From NCBI GenBank assembly GCA_951406725.2, contig OX597824.1:24800001-24864000 (forward strand): a stretch of DNA of 64,000 bases. The letters run 5' to 3'. The stretch is from Octopus vulgaris (lineage: Eukaryota). The translations under genes were made by a program, and so were the position numbers. Shown one piece after another: positions 53,950 through 64,000 of this stretch; the stretch's first letter is position 1, and each line of letters opens with the position of its first letter. The notes below the pieces were generated by a model. It was not told where the DNA came from and made no database searches. It was given only the letters and a program-made list of their open reading frames with translations.

Positions 53950-56217
53950 AAATTCAGAATTTTTAATTTTATTAATAAAAATACAATTCTTTATGCACTC
54001 ACACTTCCACACACCTATTTTGGTATGATAAACCAATCACTCAATATATACACTCACTCGCATTTAATGTGAATCTGAACATATTTACAATGCAAATTAG
54101 TGGATAACTTAAAAACTCCAAGAGATTCATCACCAACATCCAAAGGAGACCTTGCTCCCAGGACCTCTTAGATATACATTTGTTTGTTTGTTTGTTGCAG
54201 TGGTGGCCCCCATCCCACCCTAGCATTTACCCAGTTGAATTTTATATTCTGGAGAGAAGGATTAAGGGACTAACCTAATGATGCAGGTTAAGGGAAGGGC
54301 TAATTAAAAGTGACCAACTACTATGATGAACACCAACACTTACTACCACCGTCACAACCAACCAGGGTTGATTGGTGGCCAGAAAGATGCTGGATTGGTA
54401 AATTCTCTCATGATAGGTAAGCTACCTTAGAGTATGTAGGAATGTGGCGAGGGGGGGGGATGAAGGGGGCTCACAAAATGACTGAGAAATAAAAACGATT
54501 TTATACAATGGAAATTTTGACAAAGAGGAATTATGGAACAAAATCATTGCAGCAATGATAATGGAATACTCTATGAAGTAACGATGCCTTGCCGCAATAA
54601 TTTGTCGTGTCTGTGTAAAGAAATATGTATGTATATTTGTAAAGGATAAAAAATTTTGTTTTTGCATGAAATGAGGAAAACGTGCGTGCACAGATATGAT
54701 ATATAAAGCTATCACTAAGGTTTAAACCTAGTAACTGTAATATGCCTTCCTTATAATCTTTTGGTGCCTATACAGCCAAAAGCAGACAGACATCTTGGCC
54801 CTCTTACGCTTGTTGACCCAGCAGACTAACTGGGCTGTGAATAACTATATATATTAAATATAATTATACACACACACAAACGAATATATCATAGCAGTCT
54901 ATTAAATGTGTCTTTTGATGTATTTGTATATATATTATCCATTGTTCTCAAAATTTAGACTAGATAACTGTGAAGGATGAGAGAGGGATGATTTGAATGA
55001 GATTTCTTTCATAAAATCTGTTGATAGAATTTAATCTACAATTTTAAAGTCGTGTACCCAGTGATTGTTTTAGTTCCACATGCCATATTTTAAGGTCCCA
55101 AATAGAAGTGGCTAAGAGGTGATGAAGAGGGAAGTTGCTTATATATATATATATATATTTTTTTTTATACTTCAATATAAATTAGAAAAGTTTTTCAAAA
55201 ATATTTTTATTTATAAAACTAAACATTTTTCATCAAATAACCCCCACCCTCTTATACTTAAAAAACAAAAACAAACAAGACTCGAAACGTTAATAACTAC
55301 ACCTGCCGACAAAAATGTGAACATTTATAATGATAATGATGAATAGGAGGGGGGGTTACTTTGAAAATGAAATCTAAGGTTATGCAGAGAATGAATTTTC
55401 GGCTGGTGTATGTATGTGTGAGTGTGTGTGTATACATACACACATGGAGGATAAATATTCACATACATACAAATGTAATGATAGAAGCGCCATTGGGAGG
55501 GGGGAAAAAAGAAAAAAAAAATGGCTTCAAAGTAAACTTGCATTGATTGGCTGCATATCCATGATGCAGTTAGCACCACTTGACTTAACAGGGCGCTCAC
55601 ACACGAAGAGCACGTCCATCTTTTAATGAAAATTATGCATTGCAATGTTGCAAAAAAAAAAAAAAAATCCACCTCTCGGACGGAGAGGATTTTTTTTACA
55701 TAGGCTGTTTTGACAGTCTATATAAACTGTACAAGGTTTAAACATTTCCACGTCCCTTCAACTAATAAACTAAAAGAAACCAACCCATTTTAAATTATGG
55801 ATAAAAAAAAAAAAAAAAAAAAAGATTTGCTTTAGTCTTAAATACGTTTCTTTAAAAAAAAAAAAAAAAGTTCTGGTTGGATTCAACCAAATGGGTTTCA
55901 TAATTTCTTTCACTGATGGCCTTGGAGAGCCCCATCTCCAAGGGCCAGTATGTTTCACTTTTGGCAAGCAAATCTGTGGCTTGGATTACGATTATCATCA
56001 CTGCCCATGTTGCTGCATTGTTTGAGGTCAGGGCTAACCCAAACTGGGAGCTATTCCTCTGGCTAGCTCATATTTATGTACACAATGAACTCATTTTGAA
56101 CAGAATGAACGACACCACTGCACACTCAGACGTGGCTTTGATTTTTTTTCTTTTAAATAATTAAAAAGTTCATGTTTTCTTCTTTTTAAAAAAAATCCTA
56201 ATGCAGTTTGGAATCAT
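53950..56217 (-). other. Putative Pim 3'UTR (~2.2 kb)
   Basis: SINE-free sequence after the stop codon. AATAAA (minus) at 53968-53973 is followed by U-rich sequence; an alternative proximal AATAAA lies at 55206-55211. Confidence 0.55.
53968..53973 (-). terminator. Candidate distal polyadenylation signal AATAAA of Pim
   Basis: tttatt on the plus strand, with a downstream U/GU-rich tract on the minus strand (TTTTATTCATGTCTTCTGTTTTTC). Confidence 0.5.
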
Positions 56218-56405
56218 TCATATATTCCGGGCCTCTGCCATACAGCTAGCTGCACCGGCTATTGATGGGGGATGATCAAGATTAATCTGTTTAAAATCAA
56301 TTGGTGCAGAGATATCTTTCATCCATTTGTGATTTAATATATCTTTCAGGCTGGGTCTATCAGACGGACGGACAGACAGACATTTGCGAATCAAATCTTT
56401 AACAT
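56218..56405 (-). CDS. pim1: Pim kinase terminal coding exon 5 (DVKDLIRKCLSVRPSDRPSLKDILNHKWM...ARNI*)
   Basis: Subdomain XI (LIRxCLxxRPSDRP...HxWM), CAG acceptor, TGA at 56218-56220. The spliced CDS totals 900 nt in frame. Paralog assignment among vertebrate PIM1/2/3 cannot be made from sequence alone. Confidence 0.95.
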
Positions 56406-56762
56406 CTGGAAAGAAAAAAAAAGAATAAAAAAACATTAGTTGCCATCATAGGTAAAAAAAAATATTGATACATCCTACAAGTGTTAACGATATTGAGAAT
56501 TCTAACTTTGAGAATCATACTTGATATTGTAAGGATATGTAAAATTACACAACTCGATATAGTTTGCCAAGATCGACTTAGATTACACGGATTAAAGAAT
56601 AATTTTATGAAAAACAGATCTTAAATTTTAGCTTCTAAAATAAGCCGAATTGAAAGAAAAAAATGTGAGGTTATGGTCATTCCTGAACGAAATCTAGATT
56701 TTACGAATTTTAGATGCACTTACAAACGTATCATTTAAATATAGTTTGAAATGTGTCCTTAC

Positions 56763-56939
56763 CTTTGGATAAGTTATCTTTGAATTGGAGTTCAGCTTTA
56801 ACGATTTGGTCATCACGTTCAAATGGAATATCGCCACATACCATGTCAAATAGTAAGATACCAAGAGACCAGACGGTGGCAGTGCGTCCGTAGTAGCTAT
56901 GGCTCTGAATCCATTCTGGTGGACTGTACACGCGGGTAC
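56763..56939 (-). CDS. pim1: Pim kinase coding exon 4 ([11 protein letters not shown]...[20 protein letters not shown]...)
   Basis: Pim-typical [10 protein letters not shown] and [17 protein letters not shown] motifs. CAG acceptor, GTAAGG donor; 177 nt, phase 1 to phase 1. Confidence 0.97.
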
Positions 56940-57618
56940 CTGTGAAGATAAAAATAACCATGGAAAACATTAGAATCGTCAGATATTTATAGAGTCTGGC
57001 TTTTGTTTTAAGACATTCATCCTTTCTCACACAGAATTCCTATTTATAAGTAGTGTTAAGTTGAAGGATGTTTTTGTTACTATAGAAATTAAAACTAGAT
57101 AGCGACTATTCTGATGAACTGATGTTAGTTAAAAATGAGTTTAAGAATGGTCTAATATTTAAAAAAAAAAAATAATCGAACCAGTGAAATTTGAACTCCG
57201 TAAACCGAAGTACTGATTCCAAAACATGAAACAGTAGCGTAGCATTATACACCAGCAGTGAACTTTTAGTGCGCCAAGACCTAGAATGTCGAAGGAAAAG
57301 AAATGAGGCCTAGATTGCTCACACATCTCACTCCTCCAAACGAATCCGTGAGTGCGCAGTAATGTCAATCAGGTGGACTGATTAATAGCAATCTCAAGCA
57401 CTATATAGGATGGTTACAGCTCCTGACTGTCCATATATGCTACTATAAATTGGTCATCTCGAAGAAACAGGTCTTCAACCACTCGACTTTCGAAATAGCA
57501 AGGTATCCCGTTGTCCTAATAAGCAAAGATAGGAAGGAACCTTTGCTCGCAAGTGTTACTAGTACAGAAGCAATCTGAGGCTAACCACACATTCCAGCAA
57601 CAATAAACTGATGCTTAC

Positions 57619-58030
57619 CATCAAAGTCCATGTAGACAGAATCCTTAAGGAGAGCACCAGATCCGAAATCGATAAGTTTAAGCATGCCAGTCTTCAAATC
57701 GACCAAAATGTTTTCGTCTTTGATGTCGCGATGCACAACACCAGACTCATGAATGTTCATCACAGTATGTACGATTTGAGTGAAAAAACGACGGCTAACA
57801 TCCTCGCTCAATGGTCCTTTAGAAGTGATGTAGTCGAAGAGATCCATAACTGGGTCCGGACGTTCCATGACAATGATAAAACAGTTGTTTGTAAGGAACC
57901 AATCCAGCATGCGAACAACGCCTGGAATGCCAGCAACTTTCTTTAACAGAACAATCTCCAGCGTTACGGGAACACCATTTAGTTGAGCCCAGTCGATCAC
58001 CTTTCTTCTTTGAATTACCTTTATAGCAAC
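57619..58030 (-). CDS. pim1: Pim kinase coding exon 3 (VAIK...MERPDPVMDLFDYI...HRDIKDENIL...DFG...DFD)
   Basis: VAIK lysine, Pim-diagnostic hinge ERPxP, HRDIKDEN catalytic loop and DFG. TAG acceptor, GTAAGC donor; 412 nt. Confidence 0.97.
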
Positions 58031-58395
58031 CTATTGTAAAAATAACAAAAATAAAAAATATCAACATCACATAATTAACACGAACTACAGATTCAAATAT
58101 TTTTTTTCTTTAAAAACCCCCACAATATAATTTACAAGACGCATCCCATAAAAATTAACTCGGGCTGGGAAGATGGCATTCTAAATTTACTAATAACCTA
58201 CCCAAACTCCATAAAACAAATAGTAAACCAGATGTCTACGGAGAGTAAACTATAGAACTACAAATCTTAGAAGGGAGCGGGAGACAGAAACCCCTTAAAT
58301 ATTATTCTCGGATCTAAGAATCGAACGTAAATTCCCTTCGGTTAAAAAGCTTATATAATAAAACAGTTAATTTTCTGGTTTTCCTCTTTTCAGCC

Positions 58396-58443
<48 letters not shown>

Positions 58444-58499
58444 TCACTACACATCCTAACTTGTAAAACGTACAAAAAGTATTTTTTTAAAATACATAC

Positions 58500-58606
58500 C
58501 GGTCGATTATCACTTTTCCGCGATCCACTGTAAACTATTCCAAAACCACCTTTGCCCAGAAGATGGTGGATATGGTATTGGTCTTGAAAACTTGTTTTAC
58601 CTCGAC
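58500..58606 (-). CDS. pim1: Pim kinase coding exon 2 (GRGKTSFQDQYHIHHLLGKGGFGIVYSGSRKSDNRP), glycine-rich loop
   Basis: Polypyrimidine tract plus CAG acceptor at 58607-58609, GxGGFGxV P-loop, GTATGT donor; 107 nt. Confidence 0.95.
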
Positions 58607-59666
58607 CTGAGAGAGAGAAAGAAAAAAAAAACGAAAATATAAATACAAGTGGATAGATGGCGAACAAGAGAAATTAAAAAGGAAAGCACTAGCAAGAGGG
58701 GAAAAAAAAAAAAAAAAAAAAAAAAAAGTGAAATACCGAAGAGAGGAAGACTGAAAAATGCAGGTGAGCATGAACGAGTGTGACAGGTGCGAACACACAG
58801 ACACGGAAAAAGCGCGCGCACCACAGACCATTGACGCTTGTCGAGTTTTACTATATCTGATCAAACTACTACGTGTTCCAATTCACTTCGGCAGCTAGCT
58901 TAAACTTTTGTTTTTGTTTTTAGGGAAAATAAAACAAAGGCTATTAATAAAAAAAAATTAAATCCCTAGGCATCGCAAAGCAAATACAGAATAGATCTAG
59001 CATACTAAATTCGGTTTCTTGTTCCAGAAATAAAACAATAGTCCCTTTTCGGACAAGCGTTTTCGTTTATATAGGACTTATCCGAAGACCCCTACATAAC
59101 GCAGCTAAAAATTATTATCAGTTGTAAATTAAATACGTATTTTTAACTATATACACTCGTAGAGGTTAAAATTCAGACTACAGAAATTATGCGCAAGACC
59201 TAAATGATATTACATAAAAATTTTTTTTTTAAAAACCCGATATCACAAATCTGGCATTAGACCAAATTATTTTCTTAAATATGGAATACTTAGAAATTTT
59301 TTGAAAAAAAAATCCCACATAACATTTAAATTATTACGCAAAAATTATTCAAGACGCCAATAAAGAACCCGAAAAAAAAGTGAAAAAATGGTTTATTCCA
59401 ATATTGGGTTTTATTTAAAAGGATTGCCTGGAGTCGGGCCGAAAAATCTAAAAAGACCGTCGCACTTGACTAAGATAAGAACAGACACACACTGAATAAC
59501 ATTGTTGTATCAAATTGCCGACCTCCCATTTCATGTCTGGTTCGGCTACTACAACCCTCTTCTCTCCTCTCTAAAAAGCTTCCCGCCTGCTAACATACAC
59601 AGCCTGGTAATCTCCAGACAGAAAACACACACACACACAACATACCAAAGTGCACTGGCAATGTAC

Positions 59667-59715
<49 letters not shown>

Positions 59716-61086
59716 CTGACTGTAAAACACTTACACACAAGCGCACACACACACACTAGACAGACCACTTTAGTGCAATGGCGCATCCACTCCGTCGCCA
59801 CCACCACCACCACCACCAGTAGTAATCAAGCAGTCAGTCAGCTGCCAAGACAGACACACAGACACAGACGTATATACACACACACACACAATCAGCTTAA
59901 CTTGACCTGGAACATCGCTAGCGAGGTCAGGGCAACAGCGACGATGATGATGGTACTGCTGCTTTCGAAGTCTGGGCGAACACACGAACACACAGACCAA
60001 GTTTAAAAATGTCTCAACACCCAACATAATAATAAAATAAGCACACACGCAAGCCATCATCAGCCCACACACATACATACATACATACACAACCCTACTT
60101 AAAAGATGAAGTCAGACAGTATATATACGGTGGGAAGGGCGGGAGGGATATGAAGACGGCGGCGGCGACGGAGGAGGAGGAGTGGTGGTGGTGGTGGTGG
60201 AGAGAGAGAGCATTGCGGGAGTGTAATATGTGTAATATTAATAATAGTTGTAAAACAGTATCTTACTATTCAAGATTTTAAGAACCAGATATCACAAAAC
60301 ACGCGCACACACACACATTTGAAGATTAAACAAGAAACGTCCGTGTGTATACATAAAGATATAACCACACACACACATATATGTATATATACATTCGTAT
60401 TTAAACAAAACGGTTTGTTTATGTCAAACTCAGTAATCGCTGCCCTTTAAGTCACGCGTTTTATCAGCCCAGAAGCTGAATATACACTAAGACCTATATA
60501 TTGAATATACGCACGTGGGTGTATAATATATATATATATATATATAGATATATATATATATACATATACACATACACACACGTGCAATGTACATAATGGT
60601 AAAGCAAAATAACATTTGAATTTTTCTATGAACACAAACCTAACAATTAGTTAAACTTACAATAACAAAGTCTCAAGACAATTTTTTTTTTTTTTACACG
60701 ATATTAACACACAATTACTAAATTATTAAACTTAAAAATGAAATCTTTAATTACTATAATTTAAACCTTACAATTACAAATTTCCCCACACTACATTTTC
60801 AAAAACATAAACAAAATGGCTTATCGCCCTATATGTGTAGTAAAGGGGCTTTCGTAACACTAAAGTGTTAGAACTATTTCTCTAGTGAAGATAAACAGTA
60901 TTTAAGTGAAGTCGGATTATAACTGACTTTTTACTTATTTATGGTTATGTTAACAGAGACAAGGAAAAATAAAACGACGGTTGAATTTAAGCCGCGTGGT
61001 TGTGTTTTTCAAACATCTAGCTCCAAAAATCCAATTAAGCCCATTTAACATTTTAATTATTAAGTAATAAATGAAAGAGAACTCAC

Positions 61087-61102
61087 CTTTAAGAATTTCC
61101 AT
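61087..61102 (-). CDS. pim1: Pim-family Ser/Thr kinase, putative coding exon 1 (MEILK + first base of Gly)
   Basis: Minus strand reads GTCAAG ATG GAA ATT CTT AAA G|GTGAGT: strong Kozak context (-3 A, +4 G) and a consensus donor at 61081-61086. Phase 1 matches the exon 2 acceptor, and there is an in-frame upstream TAA at 61160-61162. The exon is too short for homology support. Confidence 0.7.
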
Positions 61103-61667
61103 CTTGACCGTTAAATGTAATTCCAAGTTTGGTTTAAATAAATTTAAAATATTTAGGAGTTAATTTCCGAATAATAAAATATATGAAGAAAAACTTAGTA
61201 TTTGTATACAACAGATAAAGGACTGTATATACATAAATATACAGAGATGGGTTTATAGATGTGTGTGTGTGTGATATAAATACAAAATAAAGTATTTCTT
61301 GTGCGGTACGTTTGTTTTGAGAAAAGAAATATTTTTTTTTTTAAATAAATCTCCAACAAGCACTTTGGTAGGTGTGTAATTATTATTATTATTAAGGAAA
61401 GATTTTTTTTTACTAGTTGCTTCTTGGTAAGTAAATAATTTCACCGAAGCTGTTTTGTTAGTATGTATTGTAAATAGTATTTAGTGTTTTTGTTGATAAG
61501 CGCCTTTGCTTGGCGGAGATTTTTGCAGCAGAAGCGAAGGGGGTGATTCCGTAAATGTTGAGTGATTGCAACCGAGACACAATCTGAATATAAAGCAGCG
61601 AATGTTGTGAATTTGTAACAAGGAGTTTCTCTCTCTCTCTCTCTCTTTCCCTTTCTCTTTCTCTTAC

Positions 61668-61960
61668 AACTGACAGTTAAAAGAAGAGAGGGAGGAGGAG
61701 GACGACAACGACAAGAAAACAGAGAGAGGCAGAGGAGGAGGAGGAGGGAATGCGAAGAAGAAGAAGAAGAAAAAAAACAAACAAACAAATAAAACGATAG
61801 ATAGTAAGACAGTGAGGGTTGCGTTTAAATATAGAGGAAGAGAGGCAGAGGGGAAAGAGAGAGGAGTGGAGTGAGAGGCGAACAAGGAAAAGGACGTTAG
61901 AGTAAAACTGAGTTGTGAGTTGACCAATCAGATCATCCGACCAATCAAATGCACCTGATT
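61668..61960 (-). promoter_or_regulatory. Candidate Pim core promoter: two NF-Y CCAAT boxes, TATA-like element, Inr-like TCAGTT
   Basis: GACCAATCA with CCAAT at 61924-61928 and 61941-61945; TATATTTAAA (minus) at 61824-61833; TCAGTT (minus) at 61668-61673 and 61906-61911. No minus-strand ATG was seen between 61235 and ~61930. Confidence 0.5.
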
Positions 61961-63622
61961 GAGGAACAGTTGTAAAGAAAAACAAACGAAATTATGAAAA
62001 CAAAAACAACTAAATACTACTTTACTCCTTCTCTCCCCCCTACCTCCAATTACTACTACTACTACGCTTTATTTCTCTCTCTCTCGCTTTATCTCTCTAT
62101 CTATCTTTCCGTTCCCTTTATTTTCATATGTCTGTCTTTCATTCTTTATGTTTATTGTGTCTCTTAATGTCGGGCCTTCTCACACAGCTCTATCACTACT
62201 ACCCTCAATACTAGCACAAAGTAAGCGCGCAAAAATAGTGTGTAGTGGGAGGTTTCGAGGACAAAAAAATAATACGAAAACCTCCAAAAGATCCTCATAG
62301 AAGAAAAAAAATAATCATATTCCCTCTCCACACTTTCCAACAGTGTAACCCCTTCATGTTCCTTTTTGTCTCTCCCTAATATATTCCCTCGAATTTTTCT
62401 AGTTCTAACTATCGCTCTTCGTTCTTAGTCTCTCCCTCTCTTCGTTCACACACACACAATGTTTATATTGATTCGTTTTTCTTTCACAGACATCACTCAC
62501 ACATGGATGTGAGATACGTTAGAGCGGGAAAGTCGGGTCGTAGGCGGGAAAACCATCTCGGGGATGTTTTTGTATTGTATGTAGTCTCTTGCTCTGTGTA
62601 AACACACGCACACACATTTATGGTATATATACCTAGACGTATATATATTTATATACATTGTTGTATATATGTCTGTACTAGAAATATTTTTTTAAAAATT
62701 CCCTAACACGTTTTAGAACATATATCAGTGTACACGTCTTATAATTTTTTATTTGCCAGCCTTTACTATTCAGAATATATACATGTATACACGCACACGT
62801 TTTCTTCTTATTTTTTTTATTACGTATGTTGAAAACTCTTAGTCGGGGTCGCAAAAACAAAATGAACAAACTCACCATCCAGAGATGCATGTTAGAAGTA
62901 AAAATTATACTTTACATTTAGACAAAGGATCTCCGTTAAGAGAGAATGTGTGCCTGAATATTACGATGTGTATTGTAAGGTCACAGATGAACTAGAACGA
63001 CTGTCACTTCACCTGTCATTCGAGGCCGAGATTCGGTGAGGATTTTGTGGTATATTGCACCACGCTAGCGCCTCGCATATTAACACATTGCCAATATAAT
63101 TATTCGAGTACGGAAGGATGAAATGCAAGGCTCACTTCGGTGAGATTTGAACTCACAACCTGCGCCCAAACAGCTAATTATTGGAAGGCCTTTTTTTTTG
63201 CCCAACATTCTAACTGCTCTGCCATCCCATATGCATATCTATATATAATTTTCATGTCGGGTTTTCATAATTTTACATAAAACAGAAGGATCGCTCAATA
63301 CAGTTGTTCTTTAAGAACTGTGGTGACAGTGACTTCGAACTTTCCTCGAACTGTCCGATATATATTTTTACATGTATGTGTAACAACAGAACTATCCTTT
63401 TAAATACTGATGTCTGTACCAACCGGACTGATAACCCGCTTTTTTTTTTTTTTTTTTGCCCCATTTTGTCACCTCCTCCCCCTCTTTTCGCAACAATTTT
63501 CATTCCTTTGTTATTACAGATAATATTCACTCCTCGTTAAAGTATTTGTTTATTTTGCCAAGTTACATCCGTGTTGTAAAAAAAATTACTTCTCTAAAAT
63601 AAAAACATTTCTTATTACCAAA

Positions 63623-63836
63623 GAGGCGAGCTGGCAGAATCGTTACCGCACCGGACAAAAAATGCTTAGCGGTGTTTCTCCGTCTTTACGTTATGAGTTC
63701 AAATTCCACCGAGGTCGACTTCACCTTTCATCATTTTTGGGGTCGATGAAATAAATACTAGTTGAGCCTTGCGGTCATTGTGATAAACCAACAACCACCC
63801 CTTAAAATTCCAGACTTTGTGCCTAAAGTAGAAAAA
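63623..63836 (+). mobile_element. SINE family D, older copy (others at 9407-9622, 10480-10695, 19290-19462, 27612-27812, 63000-63225)
   Basis: Same head and core with an alternative tail ending GTGCCTAAAGTAGAAA. Confidence 0.75.
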
Positions 63837-64000
63837 TAATTCGAAAGAAATTTTATTTTAATAAAATACTATTAAAAATAAAAATGAAGCTTGATGCTGT
63901 CATATGATACCGTTTAGTTATTTATTAAAATCTCAACCTCAGCGGCGCGGTTTCGATTCACGTGTGCGACTGGTTCGCATGGTTATCATTCACAAAATAT

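Noticed and set aside
57611-57946. 111 aa plus-strand ORF, and the 83 aa alternative-frame ORF at 57819-58070
   Set aside because: These are shadow ORFs overlapping Pim exon 3, with no independent evidence.
58607-62900. STAT (TTCN3GAA) sites expected from JAK/STAT control of vertebrate Pim genes
   Set aside because: Only imperfect or N2-spaced matches were seen by eye (e.g. TTCCAGAA near 59022), which is insufficient to call.

Overview
AT-rich, microsatellite-saturated animal genomic DNA, most likely an octopus (coleoid cephalopod). That assignment is inferred from several abundant tRNA-derived SINE families and the extreme SSR load. Only one protein-coding gene is supported: a Pim-family Ser/Thr kinase on the minus strand with five coding exons (61087-61102, 58500-58606, 57619-58030, 56763-56939, 56218-56405). 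These give 900 nt (299 aa plus stop), and all introns are GT-AG with compatible phases. The gene sits in a ~10 kb SINE-free zone with a candidate CCAAT/TATA/Inr promoter. Its putative ~2.2 kb 3'UTR carries three miR-33 seed matches, a miR-1 seed match and three Pumilio elements. Positions 1-53 kb are a transposon graveyard: at least five SINE families, mariner/Tc1, RTE, CR1 and R4-like remnants, hAT- and Merlin-like MITEs, non-autonomous Helitrons and a 5S rRNA pseudogene. The most notable observations are type I hammerhead ribozyme motifs with palindromic stem III (Penelope-like) next to fold-back repeats, a four-level nested insertion that captured local DNA, a 5S-SINE chimera and the Pim UTR motifs. 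SINE labels A-E are my own working names. Almost all ORFs in the supplied track are microsatellite or SINE artefacts.
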